Of a stretch of DNA of 64,000 bases, positions 50,593 to 60,775 are shown piece after piece. Both the position numbers and the translations under genes were made by a program. Positions within the stretch are counted from its first letter, which is position 1. The number at the start of each line of letters is the position of its first letter. The notes beneath the pieces were generated by a model, which was given only the letters and a program-made list of their open reading frames with translations, did no database searches and had not been told where the DNA came from. This DNA comes from Hormoscilla sp. (GTDB lineage: Bacteria; Cyanobacteriota; Cyanobacteriia; Cyanobacteriales; Desertifilaceae), in the NCBI GenBank assembly GCA_051439505.1, contig JBFRWI010000135.1:61192-125191 (forward strand), in the 5' to 3' direction.

Positions 50593-52575
50593 ATGTCATT
50601 GGCGCGAGGAAATTCCATGCAAAAAACTGCGGCAAACATAAACTGCCCCAATTGTCAAACTCCCAATCAGGAGAAAAATGATTTCTGCAATTCTTGCAGC
50701 AGTAGGATACCAAAACGCTATCTGTGGGCTGTAAGTGAAGGGCGCTGTTCATCGACCTTGGGTGACGGACGTTATATACGCAAAGCAGATCGGATTTTTC
50801 TGGACACAAAACCAGGTACACCTCCGGAAGTACCCTCAGAAGATATTCCCGATCGCGTGATACCCTATCTGAGGCTTTTTCCCTATCGATTGCATGTTCC
50901 CCAAGCTTATGCACTGGTATCACAGAAGGGTTCAAAAAAATCAGTCCTGCTGCTGGAAAAAGGACCGATCGACACCTCGAAATTAGAGTCTGGCGAAACT
51001 GGCGATCCATTAATGCCAGAATTAACCCAGGTCTGGAAGCAAGCAAGTGCCATGCGCCAGTTGAATTGGTTGTGGCAAATAGCCCAGCTGTGGAATGCCC
51101 TCAGCAATCAGAAAGTAGCCTCGACATTGCTAGAAGAAAAATTGCTGCGGTGCCGAGGTCAGTTAGTCTGTCTGTTGGAGTTAAAATCAGACCAGAAATC
51201 GGAAAGCAGTCTGAAAAATTTAGGGGAGCTATGGTCGAAATGGGCCCCCGATGCCCAACCACAAATAGCCGAATTTCTCAAAAAACTATCCAGCGAACTG
51301 CTCGAAGAACAATTAGATTGGCAGAAACTGATAGCCCAGTTAGATTATGCCCTAGCTCATTGCTCAGTAGCCCAATCTGTCAAATGCCAGATTGCTACCC
51401 TCAGCGATAAGGGTCCCAGTCGCGGACGCAACGAAGATGCCTGTTATCCATCCAGCGGTACAGTAAAACCAGTAGACAGAAACTATGTTTTAACGCTCGT
51501 CTGTGATGGCATTGGCGGACATGAAGGCGGTAATGTAGCCTCAACTCTTGCGATCGAAACCATCAAGAATCAAATCAATCAGCTTGCTGGAACTGGTAGT
51601 AACCAGTCCAACCTATATCAAACCCTCGACCAGGCAATCCGAAAAGCCAACGATGAGATTAGCGATCGCAATGATAACGAAGACCGGCAGGATCGGCAAC
51701 GCATGGGCACAACTGTGGTGATGACAGTAGTGCAGGATTATGAAACCTACGTCGCCCATGTGGGAGATTCTCGGGTCTATTGGATTACAAAAGATGCTTG
51801 TCATCAAGTAACCCTAGATGATGATGTAGCATCTAGAGAGGTCCGCTTGGGTTATGCTTTTTATCGGGATGCCTTACAACAGATTACATCTGGCTCCCTG
51901 ATCCAGGCATTGGGTATGAGTTCCTCTCAGACACTGCACCCGACAGTAGCGCGCTTGATATTGGATGAAGACTGCGTTTTTCTGCTCTGCTCGGATGGGT
52001 TGAGCGATAACGATCGGGTAGAGGAACATTGGCGCTCAGATATTCTGCCCATTATACAGGGAAATATCGAGCTGGCGACAGCAGCCGAGGGTCTAGTAAA
52101 TATTGCTAACAATAAAAATGGTCATGATAATGTTACAGTGGGGTTAGTCCATTGTCAAGTGCGGCAAACAGATCTCAATGTACAACCTTTAACCGATCTG
52201 GCAGAGTCAGGTCAACTTCCTTTTAAGCAGAAAACAGAAATTGGCCCAGCTTCTGGGTATAGCAACTCGGAGACTACTGGTGGGACGACTCCGACGGTAC
52301 CAACGGACAAAATTGGCGAGCGTCGCTCTGGTGGATGGGCTATATTAGCGGTTATTTTACTCTTGATGGCGATCGTAAGTGGAGGAAGCATATGGACTTA
52401 CTTAAATAATCGGTCATTCCGGGAATTGGTTGACGATCGCTCAACGGAAATGATATGGAAGTTCAAGCGACTTAAAAAGAAACTTCTAGGTATACCAACT
52501 GATAAAGCTCCAGTACCAGAGCCACCAGCGCCAGAGCCACCAGCGCCAGAGCCACCAGGACCCATAATCAACTAA
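50593..52575 (+). CDS. PP2C-type Ser/Thr phosphatase with N-terminal zinc ribbon and C-terminal TM
   Basis: CPNC..CNSC; NED, CDGIGGH, MGTT, HVGDSR, CSDGL, HDN; PEPPA repeats at the C-terminus. Confidence 0.92.
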   Translation: MSLARGNSMQKTAANINCPNCQTPNQEKNDFCNSCSSRIPKRYLWAVSEGRCSSTLGDGRYIRKADRIFLDTKPGTPPEVPSEDIPDRVIPYLRLFPYRLHVPQAYALVSQKGSKKSVLLLEKGPIDTSKLESGETGDPLMPELTQVWKQASAMRQLNWLWQIAQLWNALSNQKVASTLLEEKLLRCRGQLVCLLELKSDQKSESSLKNLGELWSKWAPDAQPQIAEFLKKLSSELLEEQLDWQKLIAQLDYALAHCSVAQSVKCQIATLSDKGPSRGRNEDACYPSSGTVKPVDRNYVLTLVCDGIGGHEGGNVASTLAIETIKNQINQLAGTGSNQSNLYQTLDQAIRKANDEISDRNDNEDRQDRQRMGTTVVMTVVQDYETYVAHVGDSRVYWITKDACHQVTLDDDVASREVRLGYAFYRDALQQITSGSLIQALGMSSSQTLHPTVARLILDEDCVFLLCSDGLSDNDRVEEHWRSDILPIIQGNIELATAAEGLVNIANNKNGHDNVTVGLVHCQVRQTDLNVQPLTDLAESGQLPFKQKTEIGPASGYSNSETTGGTTPTVPTDKIGERRSGGWAILAVILLLMAIVSGGSIWTYLNNRSFRELVDDRSTEMIWKFKRLKKKLLGIPTDKAPVPEPPAPEPPAPEPPGPIIN

Positions 52576-52648
52576 TAGTTGTAGCACCTGGCTGAGAGTT
52601 TATGCCTACATTTAGCCATGACTAAAAATCAATTAGCAATTAGCAAGA

Positions 52649-53965
52649 TCAAGGTTTAATGCGAGTGGCAAAATTCTGCGAGCGGGTAGGAGAAATTTCC
52701 CGAGCCTTCAGAATAGCTGCCGCTAAAAAGGCATAGGATAAAGCTCCGACTAAAGCCAAAACCCAATAACCCAAAACAGCCGAAGAGTTCCAGAGAGCAT
52801 GGAGGATTGAGGAACTTAGATAGCCAACTAAAAGAATGCGCCAACGCTTTTTAGGTCTCAAAACACTGAGGCCAATAAAATACCCAAAATAGCCGCTGTA
52901 CGCCATATGTCCGGCAACGGAACCTAAAACTCTCGGAATTAGCAATTGCAAACCCGCCAATTGTCCGAAACCTTCTCCAGCCTGTTGTGTCACTTGCTCG
53001 ACTATACCCGGGACATACTGTATTAAAGTTTCTGTCAGGGTAAAGCCCACCGCAGAAGCGCTGCCCAACAAGATGCCATCCAGGGGTTCGCAAACACCAA
53101 TTCGCCGTCGCGCACGATCGCCTAGCAGCAGTCCGAGGAAATAAGCCCCAAACACCGGCAATGCTTTCAGCAACTCCTCTAGCAAACCCGCGCCAAAAAA
53201 GTGAGCGATTAAATTAGAGAAAAAATTGGCATCATTAGACAACCCAGCGACATTGCCGGGTAATAAATTCCGAAAGACGAATATAAAAACACTTAGGACG
53301 GGACTGACTATCATCGCGATAGTGATGAGGGCAGCAGCCAGCAGCAACCACCAAGGCTTAGCTTTGCCGCAGAGTTGGTAAACAAAGTAGAACGCCGCCC
53401 CGGATAAGTAAGCTGCTAATAATAAAGCGAAGGCGACAAAATCGCCGATCGCGGCAAACATCGATACCACAAATATAACCGTGACGATACCAGGTACCAG
53501 ATAAGCCTTATCGATCAGAGAAGGTCCTGTGGAGATAATGGGGAGAAGCTGAGTGAGAGACACCGAACTTGTCGTTCTCGGCCCTGATGCTTGTGTAGGA
53601 GAGGATGTCCTTTGCACCTCGAAGAATAACTCGGCGATGTTCTGACCGAGCACGATCCGATCGCCTGGCTGCAAAACCCGGCATCCTGAGATCCGTTGGT
53701 TATTTACATAAGTACCATTAGAGCTATTCAGATCGCAAATTTCCCAACCGCCCGCCCCTGCCAGAGGACGGATAGCAGCATGACGCCTAGAAACACCGCT
53801 ATAATTAGCCGCATCAAGATTAATCTGGCAGCTAGCGTCTCGCCCGATCGCGACCTCCTGACTGCTGTTGAGTTCGATTATCTGTGACTGCTCGCCCAGG
53901 CCAGTCACCAGTCTTAATATACCCTTATCAACTGGATAGTTCGTCATATTAATATTCGACTTCAT
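52649..53965 (-). CDS. FHA + PrsW-family intramembrane protease
   Basis: IGR, SRRH and SSNGT (FHA); EELLK, GF..TE, GHMAYSG and HALWN (PrsW). Confidence 0.9.
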   Translation of the reverse strand: MKSNINMTNYPVDKGILRLVTGLGEQSQIIELNSSQEVAIGRDASCQINLDAANYSGVSRRHAAIRPLAGAGGWEICDLNSSNGTYVNNQRISGCRVLQPGDRIVLGQNIAELFFEVQRTSSPTQASGPRTTSSVSLTQLLPIISTGPSLIDKAYLVPGIVTVIFVVSMFAAIGDFVAFALLLAAYLSGAAFYFVYQLCGKAKPWWLLLAAALITIAMIVSPVLSVFIFVFRNLLPGNVAGLSNDANFFSNLIAHFFGAGLLEELLKALPVFGAYFLGLLLGDRARRRIGVCEPLDGILLGSASAVGFTLTETLIQYVPGIVEQVTQQAGEGFGQLAGLQLLIPRVLGSVAGHMAYSGYFGYFIGLSVLRPKKRWRILLVGYLSSSILHALWNSSAVLGYWVLALVGALSYAFLAAAILKAREISPTRSQNFATRIKP

Positions 53966-54055
53966 CTTGTAGAGTAACTGCCAGAGCCTCTTTTTTTGTC
54001 CAGCTATTCTTTTTATCTATGCAACACATGCTGGCAGGATTAACTAGATCTTACC

Positions 54056-54192
54056 GGGTGTGGTCAAAAGTAGTTGATAGCCAGGTACATGTATAGCCCC
54101 TGCGCAGCGGAGGGGGCCCGGAGCGTGGGCTTTGTTCCTGTAGCCGGGCCCTTCAGGGTTCGGGCTACTACCAACGGGTTTTGACCACACCC
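54056..54192. mobile_element. MITE family A
   Basis: TIR GGGTGTGGTCAAAA with 9-bp TSD GATCTTACC. Confidence 0.9.
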
Positions 54193-54497
54193 GATCTTAC
54201 CATCAATGGCTAGTCCCTGGACCTGGACCACGTGAGTTCGACGGATGGGAAAACCCTGATTTCTCATCCGGTTGAAAATGCCTCAAACCCGCATGATTGC
54301 GTTCGGGAGATCCCCAACTACGAACTACGAACTACGAACTACTTCCCTCACGTTGGACCCTGTCACCCGATATGATAATATCGATCTACTATCTCGCAAA
54401 ACTGTAGCTTTAGTAAATAGATATGACTGGCCATCCAACTCTTTGGTAGACTAATAAAAACGGCTACACCGAATCTACCGTGAGATAATGATATTAA

Positions 54498-56234
54498 ATG
54501 TCTCAGTTTGAGTATCCTACCCTCAGCATTGCGATCGCCCGCATGATGGCGACAGCAGAGAGTTTCTACAGAAACTCGGCACATTTTGCCATCTGGGTGC
54601 TCAAGGCTCCTTATCCAGGGGGTCACGTTCACCATGACTGTATATGGCCGGAGCAGTTGAGTAAAACCTGGCAAGCATGGCAGGAGATGTTTCAGATGCA
54701 AGGGTCGCCTCACCAACTGCACGTGCCACCAGTGCATGTACCAGAAATGGAATCAATCCTAGAAGTGATGGCATCGTCTGGATCGGGCCCAAGCCATAGC
54801 AGTCGCCTGATGCAACAGCTGGGCATGGGACTCTGGCATTGGGTGTATAATGGCCAGATTCAGAGCAGCTTCTCTCAAAGTCTGGGCATTGCCATAGGCC
54901 AAAATAAACCACTGCGGCTGCGACTAGAAATCACAGATCCAAATCTCATCGCCCTACCTTGGGAAACCATGCAACGTCAAGCAGGCAAACAAGTGATTTC
55001 CCTATCCGAACAACTGCTATTTAGCCGCACCACTAGCGATGTTGACCCCCTGCCACCCAGGCGCGACGACCAAGCCTTAAATATATTACTCGTTTTCGGT
55101 CACCCTTCACCGGCAACTATTACATCGGGGCAGCAGGGGAAAAGAAAAATATTCCCAGAATTGCCTGAAGAGCAAAAAACAGCTCGACCGCTATTGCAGC
55201 TGGAGCAGGAAGCAGCCGTAGTGGCTGAAATCATGCAAAAAGCGGCTTCTCCTGAAAGCGCTAATCGCACAAGAGAGGAGACGCAATCTCAACTAGCAGG
55301 AGTTGGTACAGTGCCCTCTAAGGTAGATACCCTCATTCAGCCCACCCCAGCCGAATTGATAGCTTGTCTGGAAACAAAAGCTTACAATGTGTTTTTCTAT
55401 GGAGGTCACGGTGTTCCAGCTTCAGATGGCGGATTGCTGTTTTTGCAACCGGATGTCACCATGTCAGGCACGGAACTGGCTCAGGTATTGACTCGCTCTC
55501 GGGTAATATTGGCCGTGTTCAATGCCTGCTGGGGCGCGCAACCGGATACCGACGGGCGTAGGGTGATTCCCCGTAGCAGTTTAGCAGAAGTGCTGCTGCA
55601 TCATGGCGTGCCAGCTGTTTTGGGAATGCGCGAGGAGATTGCCGACCTTGAGGCCCTCAGTTTTATTCAGGCTTTGGCTGGGGCCTTGACCGAGCGAATG
55701 CCGATCGATCGGGCAGTAGCAGTGGCGCGGCAGCAGTTGGTCACCCTTTATAAATTCAATCAACCTGCTTGGACTTTGCCAGTTTTATATATGCATCCGG
55801 AGTTTGATGGGGAATTGATTATGCCTCTAGAGGAAGGGGTGACCGAATTGCCAGAAAATTCTCTGTCCTGGAGACAGCAAAATCAATCAAACGCTAGCCT
55901 CCGGTCTTTAGGAGATACGGCTCAGGTATGGCAAGTTAAAGGGGGACTGATGCGAGTAGGCAGGCGGCCAGAAAATGACATCATCATCAGTGAGAGATGG
56001 GTTTCTCAGAGACATGCAGAAATAATCTGCCGCGAACCTGTGGGAAATGGGAAGGGGGAGATGACTTACTGGCTGCGAGATTTTTCTCGCTATGGCACCT
56101 TGATTTGCGAGTCCGATGGTTGGCGTAAAATCCATCATCAAGAATGCGAACTCAAATCTGGAGTCAAGCTCAAATTTGGCAGTTCCCAAGGTCAAATGTT
56201 GGAGTTTGTGATTTCAGCGCTCGGAGACCAGTGA
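54498..56234 (+). CDS. CHAT (HetF-like) domain + FHA protein
   Basis: LPWE, YGGHG, FNACW and PAVLGM; C-terminal VGR, SQRH, SRYGT. Confidence 0.9.
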   Translation: MSQFEYPTLSIAIARMMATAESFYRNSAHFAIWVLKAPYPGGHVHHDCIWPEQLSKTWQAWQEMFQMQGSPHQLHVPPVHVPEMESILEVMASSGSGPSHSSRLMQQLGMGLWHWVYNGQIQSSFSQSLGIAIGQNKPLRLRLEITDPNLIALPWETMQRQAGKQVISLSEQLLFSRTTSDVDPLPPRRDDQALNILLVFGHPSPATITSGQQGKRKIFPELPEEQKTARPLLQLEQEAAVVAEIMQKAASPESANRTREETQSQLAGVGTVPSKVDTLIQPTPAELIACLETKAYNVFFYGGHGVPASDGGLLFLQPDVTMSGTELAQVLTRSRVILAVFNACWGAQPDTDGRRVIPRSSLAEVLLHHGVPAVLGMREEIADLEALSFIQALAGALTERMPIDRAVAVARQQLVTLYKFNQPAWTLPVLYMHPEFDGELIMPLEEGVTELPENSLSWRQQNQSNASLRSLGDTAQVWQVKGGLMRVGRRPENDIIISERWVSQRHAEIICREPVGNGKGEMTYWLRDFSRYGTLICESDGWRKIHHQECELKSGVKLKFGSSQGQMLEFVISALGDQ

Positions 56235-56377
56235 GGAACGGGGCTACTAACTACTAATAACTGAGATGGAATCTGTTGAGAATGTTGTGGAGGTTTCCGA
56301 ATCGGTTACGGAAACAGCCGCAATTAAGATGTAGCTACCCATATCCAGTAATAGAGTAGTACAGCTCACATACGGTC

Positions 56378-57034
56378 ATGAACGAAAAATATCTACTATC
56401 CACCACAAACCGCCTTGACAGAAGTGAGGGAAAATTCAATAATCCTTCTCAAGATATCCGGCCACAAACAGATTTTTTAGATTCTCGCTCTGAAGCTGAG
56501 AGGGAATTGTTTCAAGCTCTTTGCTTTAACGAAGCACAAACTTATCCCTGGAGTTTACTGACCGGAGATTCCCAAAGATATTTTGCCGAACTCGAAGCAT
56601 CTACGGCAAGTTTGACAGACAGATCCTCTGAGGAAGTGGCTGCGGGTGCGCAAATATTTCTTGCCCATCTGGATATACTTTGGGATGCTGCGACGACGAG
56701 TGATAATCTTCTGGAAGACCAGTTTGCCAATCTGATCCCGGCAAGTTTAATAAAGACGCTCAAGCACCAGGTGAAATTGCTCCAAGATTCTTCTGTGACT
56801 CTGGCAGAGCAATTAGTACAATGTACCTATGAGGTAATGCCCCAGTGGGCAGTGGAAGATTTGCAGGTTTTGGCCCGTCCTTTTGCCTATGCTATGCGGG
56901 GAACTGAGGCTGATGCTGCTATTGAAGCTATTTTGGACAAGGTCGCAGGTAATCATTGGACTGATTTATCTGAAATCGAACAGGTCCGCTTGTGTTTAGC
57001 TTATACTCGTTATACTTTGGCCAATCTCGATTAG
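56378..57034 (+). CDS. Conserved cyanobacterial hypothetical protein
   Basis: YPW, DLQVLARPFAYAMRG and W..LSEIEQ.RL motifs. Confidence 0.75.
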   Translation: MNEKYLLSTTNRLDRSEGKFNNPSQDIRPQTDFLDSRSEAERELFQALCFNEAQTYPWSLLTGDSQRYFAELEASTASLTDRSSEEVAAGAQIFLAHLDILWDAATTSDNLLEDQFANLIPASLIKTLKHQVKLLQDSSVTLAEQLVQCTYEVMPQWAVEDLQVLARPFAYAMRGTEADAAIEAILDKVAGNHWTDLSEIEQVRLCLAYTRYTLANLD

Positions 57035-57096
57035 GTTCTGCGGGTAAGTTTTATTCCATTAAGGAATAATTATACCATGAATTACTATCCTCGCGC

Positions 57097-57150
57097 AAGC
57101 ACTCTTCGTGCTGACTACGAACAGGTTTGTAGTCAGCACGAAGAGTGCTT
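57097..57150. repeat. Inverted GTAG-type REP pair (possible bidirectional terminator)
   Basis: AAGCACTCTTCGTGCTGACTAC...GTAGTCAGCACGAAGAGTGCTT between convergent genes. Confidence 0.8.
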
Positions 57151-57349
57151 ACCTCGAATTAGCCTTGGCATTGCGAACGGCGGCATAAAACATCAAGCCG
57201 CATAGGGGAATGCTAACTGCTAAGATAATGCTGGTGAGTAGTACTCCCAATTCCGGTTCTCCAGAAGATAGCTCGAAGATGGAACCAACTGCGGCGATCG
57301 CTGCTATGCAGGAGACGGCCAAAAATAATCCACTAGAGTGAGTAAACAT
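57149..57349 (-). CDS. Small two-TM membrane protein
   Basis: AAVGSIFELSSGEP.LG; hydrophobic. Confidence 0.75.
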   Translation of the reverse strand: MFTHSSGLFLAVSCIAAIAAVGSIFELSSGEPELGVLLTSIILAVSIPLCGLMFYAAVRNAKANSR

Positions 57350-57489
57350 CTCTCATATTCAACTAACTGTATTATATACATTTAACACAGAAGTGGTAGA
57401 TTGGAAGCCCGGTTAGAAAAACCGGGTTTCTTTATACGCAGTGCGCGACGCTATTCATGCGCTTCGATGCTTCCCAAGTGAAGTGAAAA

Positions 57490-58053
57490 TCAAGCTACTG
57501 GCTTGACTGCTTGGGCAGAAAAGCCGTTTTTAGCCAGTTCTTGGTTCAAGGCCAGCACATTCTCCACCCTGTCCACGAACATGATGCCGTTGAGATGATC
57601 CAGTTCGTGCTGAATCACTCTAGCTAGTAGTCCTGTTGCTGTCAAGGTCTGGGGACGTCCGTTGACATCTTTGTAGGCTACTTCTATGGCTTCTGGACGT
57701 TTCACATCTAGGAAGACTCCGGGGATGCTGAGGCACCCTTCCTGAAAAAGGCACAGTTCGCGGCTAAATTTCTTGATGGAGGGGTTGAGCAAAATCACTG
57801 GCTGATTATCGGCTTCGTCTGGTTTACAGTCGATCACCAGCAGCTGCTTGAGCACTCCGACTTGGGGCGCTGCTAAACCAATGCCATCGGCACTATACAT
57901 GGTTTGCAGCATTTCTTTGGCTAGTTGCCGGATCTCGTTGTCTACCCGCGATACCCGCTTCGCCGGCTGGCGCAGTACCCGATCGCCCAAGTTATGGATC
58001 TGTAAGGGGGGCGTTTCCAGCTTTTTCTTTTCTACCAGTACTTCAGTAGTCAT
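57490..58053 (-). CDS. def: Peptide deformylase
   Basis: GIGLAAPQVG, EGCLS and QHELDHL motifs. Confidence 0.97.
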   Translation of the reverse strand: MTTEVLVEKKKLETPPLQIHNLGDRVLRQPAKRVSRVDNEIRQLAKEMLQTMYSADGIGLAAPQVGVLKQLLVIDCKPDEADNQPVILLNPSIKKFSRELCLFQEGCLSIPGVFLDVKRPEAIEVAYKDVNGRPQTLTATGLLARVIQHELDHLNGIMFVDRVENVLALNQELAKNGFSAQAVKPVA

Positions 58054-58250
58054 GAATTTCTCACTTCAATGTGGGGCCAATGAACGAACAGTTCTGCTCA
58101 CTTCCATCTTAATATTTCTTTGCGTTCTCTGGCTAGGGCAGGCAGGAATGTCCTCTGGGACAAACCGCGAGTTGGACCGGTGACGCAAGCTACCCTGGGA
58201 GGGGTGGGGCTAAGTTATAATGTGAATGGAACTGAAGGAGGATGACAGCC

Positions 58251-58356
58251 ATGGCATTTATTAATCCTAAAATCGATTTTGCCTTCAAAAAAATCTTTGG
58301 CTCTGACGGCAGTCAAGATATTCCGATCGGTTTTTTGAATGCGATTATTTATGGCG
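58251..58356 (+). pseudogene. Rpn-family (PD-(D/E)XK nuclease/transposase-like) N-terminal fragment
   Basis: MAFINPKIDFAFKKIFGS...FLNAIIY, then runs into the HIP1 array. Confidence 0.8.
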
Positions 58357-58503
58357 CCGATCGCACCTCTATTGCGCCCCTGGTACAACTGGCAATCCTG
58401 CTTCCAATAGCCCCGGGAACATCGGGCGATCGCACTTTCCCCGGCCTCTGGTACGTCGGGCGATCGCACTTTCTCTTGGGTACCACAGGCGATCGCACTT
58501 TTT
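58357..58503 (+). repeat. HIP1-anchored array 1
   Basis: GGCGATCGCACTT with HIP1 at 58426, 58460 and 58489, plus degenerate upstream units. Confidence 0.8.
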
Positions 58504-58522
58504 CACGGCAAGCATCCAAGCA

Positions 58523-58922
58523 TCACGGAATAAACAACCGACCGACTCCCAGATAGTCTTCCAGATCGATTACAATCTCTACAAGCCTTTCTACACAAGC
58601 GTCTCGATATTCATATTCCGATACTCTCGTCCGATCGCCAATCGTAATAATGGGTAACGATGTCGGCGTATTTTCTTCACGCACGCTGCGCTACCCGTTC
58701 CAACGAGTCCTCACCTTTAGCATTGCGGTTTGCCGTCAGCAAAAGCATCCCGTTAGTTTGGGCAAATTGCCATACAACCCGATCGTTGCTATTGATAGGC
58801 AGTCCCATCTCCCTAAATGTTACGAACTGAATTGAAACGAGGCTCGACCACCCTCTAGAATTAATTGTTCCAGAAAATACGAGCGCTTCCCGATTCAAAT
58901 TGTGGTCAACTCAAACAATCAT
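58523..58922 (-). pseudogene. DUF5615/PIN-like toxin with a premature stop and a frameshift
   Basis: ATG ATT GTT TGA GTT GAC CAC AAT; removing GCGCAGC near 58684-58690 restores ..SLERVVREENTPTSLPIITIG...GVGRLFIP*. Confidence 0.8.
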
Positions 58923-59296
58923 TTCTTTTTTGCTTCCCGCTCCATTCTCTGCTTGATAATCTTGATGCGAGCAGCTTCGTTCCCGGAACGGGGAGGTTTT
59001 GCTGCTATGCGTGCAAAGTGCTCGCGGTTGCGTTCTTCCCAGTATTGTCGGGTCTCTTCTGCTTCACGCAAAATTTCTTGATACTCTTCCTCTACTGCTA
59101 TTGCATGGGTTTCAATATAAGAAAGAGCCCCATCGATCTGCTCGTCCGTCAGCATGAAAGCATCCCGAATGAATTTGCGCGGATACTCAGCCTTGAGATA
59201 ATACATCACATCGTATATGGTGATCCGCGTCCCCGCGATCGACAATCCCCTTTCGGTACGGATAATCATCTCTTGTTCTTGAACTTCTGATGTCAT
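58919..59296 (-). CDS. DUF433-domain protein (putative antitoxin)
   Basis: IAGTRITIYDV and LTDEQIDGALSYI motifs. Confidence 0.88.
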   Translation of the reverse strand: MTSEVQEQEMIIRTERGLSIAGTRITIYDVMYYLKAEYPRKFIRDAFMLTDEQIDGALSYIETHAIAVEEEYQEILREAEETRQYWEERNREHFARIAAKPPRSGNEAARIKIIKQRMEREAKKK

Positions 59297-59376
59297 ATCC
59301 TATCTCCTGTGCTATAGAATCTCCTACTTTCCACTGCCTCAATCATTATAACATGTCTGAGCGAGTGCGATCGGGG

Positions 59377-59535
59377 GCCATCGCCCTTTTCCTGGGAGAC
59401 GGCTGGCGATCGCACTTTCCCCAGCCTCTGGTACGTCGGGCGATCGCACTTCCTCCCTTGGTACGGCGGGCGATCGCACCTTTTCTGGTCTGGGGAACAG
59501 CGGGCGATCGCACCATCATAACTTCCTGGGACTGT
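59377..59535 (+). repeat. HIP1-anchored array 2
   Basis: HIP1 at 59406, 59440, 59470 and 59504; variant at 59377. Confidence 0.8.
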
Positions 59536-59670
59536 GCCTGCACTTGTTCCCTCCTAAGCTGTCGCGCATTTAAATTGCATCGGCCAAAAAGCTGAGCTCC
59601 TTGCCCGAAAGGGCTTTCCCAATTTTGAATTATGAATTTTGAATTTTGAATTGTTTACTCTCACGGGACT

Positions 59671-60144
59671 TTACTGGTACTGACTCAATAGGGACTGAAT
59701 CAATTTTTCCGGGACAAAAAATGTTGTTTGCTGGAGACGGCAAATCGCATCTGGAAAGTTAATCATATTTTGTTGAGCCCCATTATTTAATACCCCAATT
59801 ATTCCCGTGACTCTTAATCCTCGGGCACGGGCAATTCTTCTACCTACACCATCATCTATTATCACTAAACTTGCTCCTCGATCTTCTGCTAACATAATAG
59901 CTGCTTTTTCTCCAGCATCTAAAACTTCTAACTCGGGATCGTCACTGTCATTGACATTTTCTATTATTAACCAATTTGGCGGATTATTAATCCATTCTCG
60001 CACTACATCGGGCGATCGCCTGTCTGCAAGTTCCTGTTGCACGGTTGTCGGAATCAGCACTTGACCGTAAAGCTGAGGCAATAACTCGATTTCTCCTATT
60101 AGCAGTAAATAGCAAATTGGTGAAGTATCTGAAATAATAATCAT
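59671..60144 (-). CDS. DUF3368 PIN-domain protein
   Basis: ISDTSPI, LDAGEKAAI, IIDD and VTGIIGVL motifs. Confidence 0.9.
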   Translation of the reverse strand: MIIISDTSPICYLLLIGEIELLPQLYGQVLIPTTVQQELADRRSPDVVREWINNPPNWLIIENVNDSDDPELEVLDAGEKAAIMLAEDRGASLVIIDDGVGRRIARARGLRVTGIIGVLNNGAQQNMINFPDAICRLQQTTFFVPEKLIQSLLSQYQ

Positions 60145-60425
60145 ATTGCTTTTAGTTTTCCTTCTCGCCGCAATTCCTCGTGGGTTTGTTTATCCGCCTC
60201 TACATCCGCTTCGTCGTAAGCTAAATGAATTCCTTTGGCTTTCAGAAACCCATCCGCTTCCAAGCGCGTATTCATTCCCAGCAATTCTCGCACTTTTCCC
60301 CCACTGATCGTACCTTCCCTATATGCTTCTACCACGATCGCTTCTAATGTTCGACGCTCTATATTACCCCATTTTGCTTCTAGATGCTTTGCTATCTTAT
60401 CTGGCAATGAAATCGTGATTTCCAT
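60141..60425 (-). CDS. UPF0175-family protein (putative antitoxin)
   Basis: AYREGTISGGKVRELLGM; ATGA overlap with the DUF3368 gene. Confidence 0.88.
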   Translation of the reverse strand: MEITISLPDKIAKHLEAKWGNIERRTLEAIVVEAYREGTISGGKVRELLGMNTRLEADGFLKAKGIHLAYDEADVEADKQTHEELRREGKLKAI

Positions 60426-60510
60426 CTTTTTCCCCCTATTCACTTAACTCTCTCCTCATTCTATCACATGAGAACTTCGGTTTTCATATCCCTGCCCTCC
60501 GGTTAAACGG

Positions 60511-60648
60511 GCGCTCTCACTCTCCGGGCACTACAGGCGATCGCACTTCCCATGGCCTCGGGTTATATGGGCGATCGCACTTTCTCTGGTGTTTGGTTTG
60601 ACCGGCGATCGCATTGCTAACGGGGTTCTTCGGGCGATCGCACCTTTT
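60511..60648 (+). repeat. HIP1-anchored array 3
   Basis: HIP1 at 60537, 60571, 60605 and 60634; variant at 60511. Confidence 0.8.
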
Positions 60649-60697
60649 ATTTTATTTGATTTTATGGCACTCCTCGAACAAGTTATAGCAAGCAAAT

Positions 60698-60731
60698 AGC
60701 CCCCGAAATCATTAACAAGATTTCGGGGGCT
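60698..60731 (-). terminator. Putative terminator hairpin
   Basis: AGCCCCCGAAATC-N8-GATTTCGGGGGCT downstream of the large surface-protein gene. Confidence 0.6.
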
Positions 60732-60775
60732 TGCAAAGCTGCAATTGTTGGCTTTAAGCGGTGCGTTCTACAAGC

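Noticed and set aside
58357..60648. CRISPR mini-arrays
   Set aside because: The conserved part is only ~11-13 nt (HIP1-based) and spacing is 29-34 nt; no cas genes
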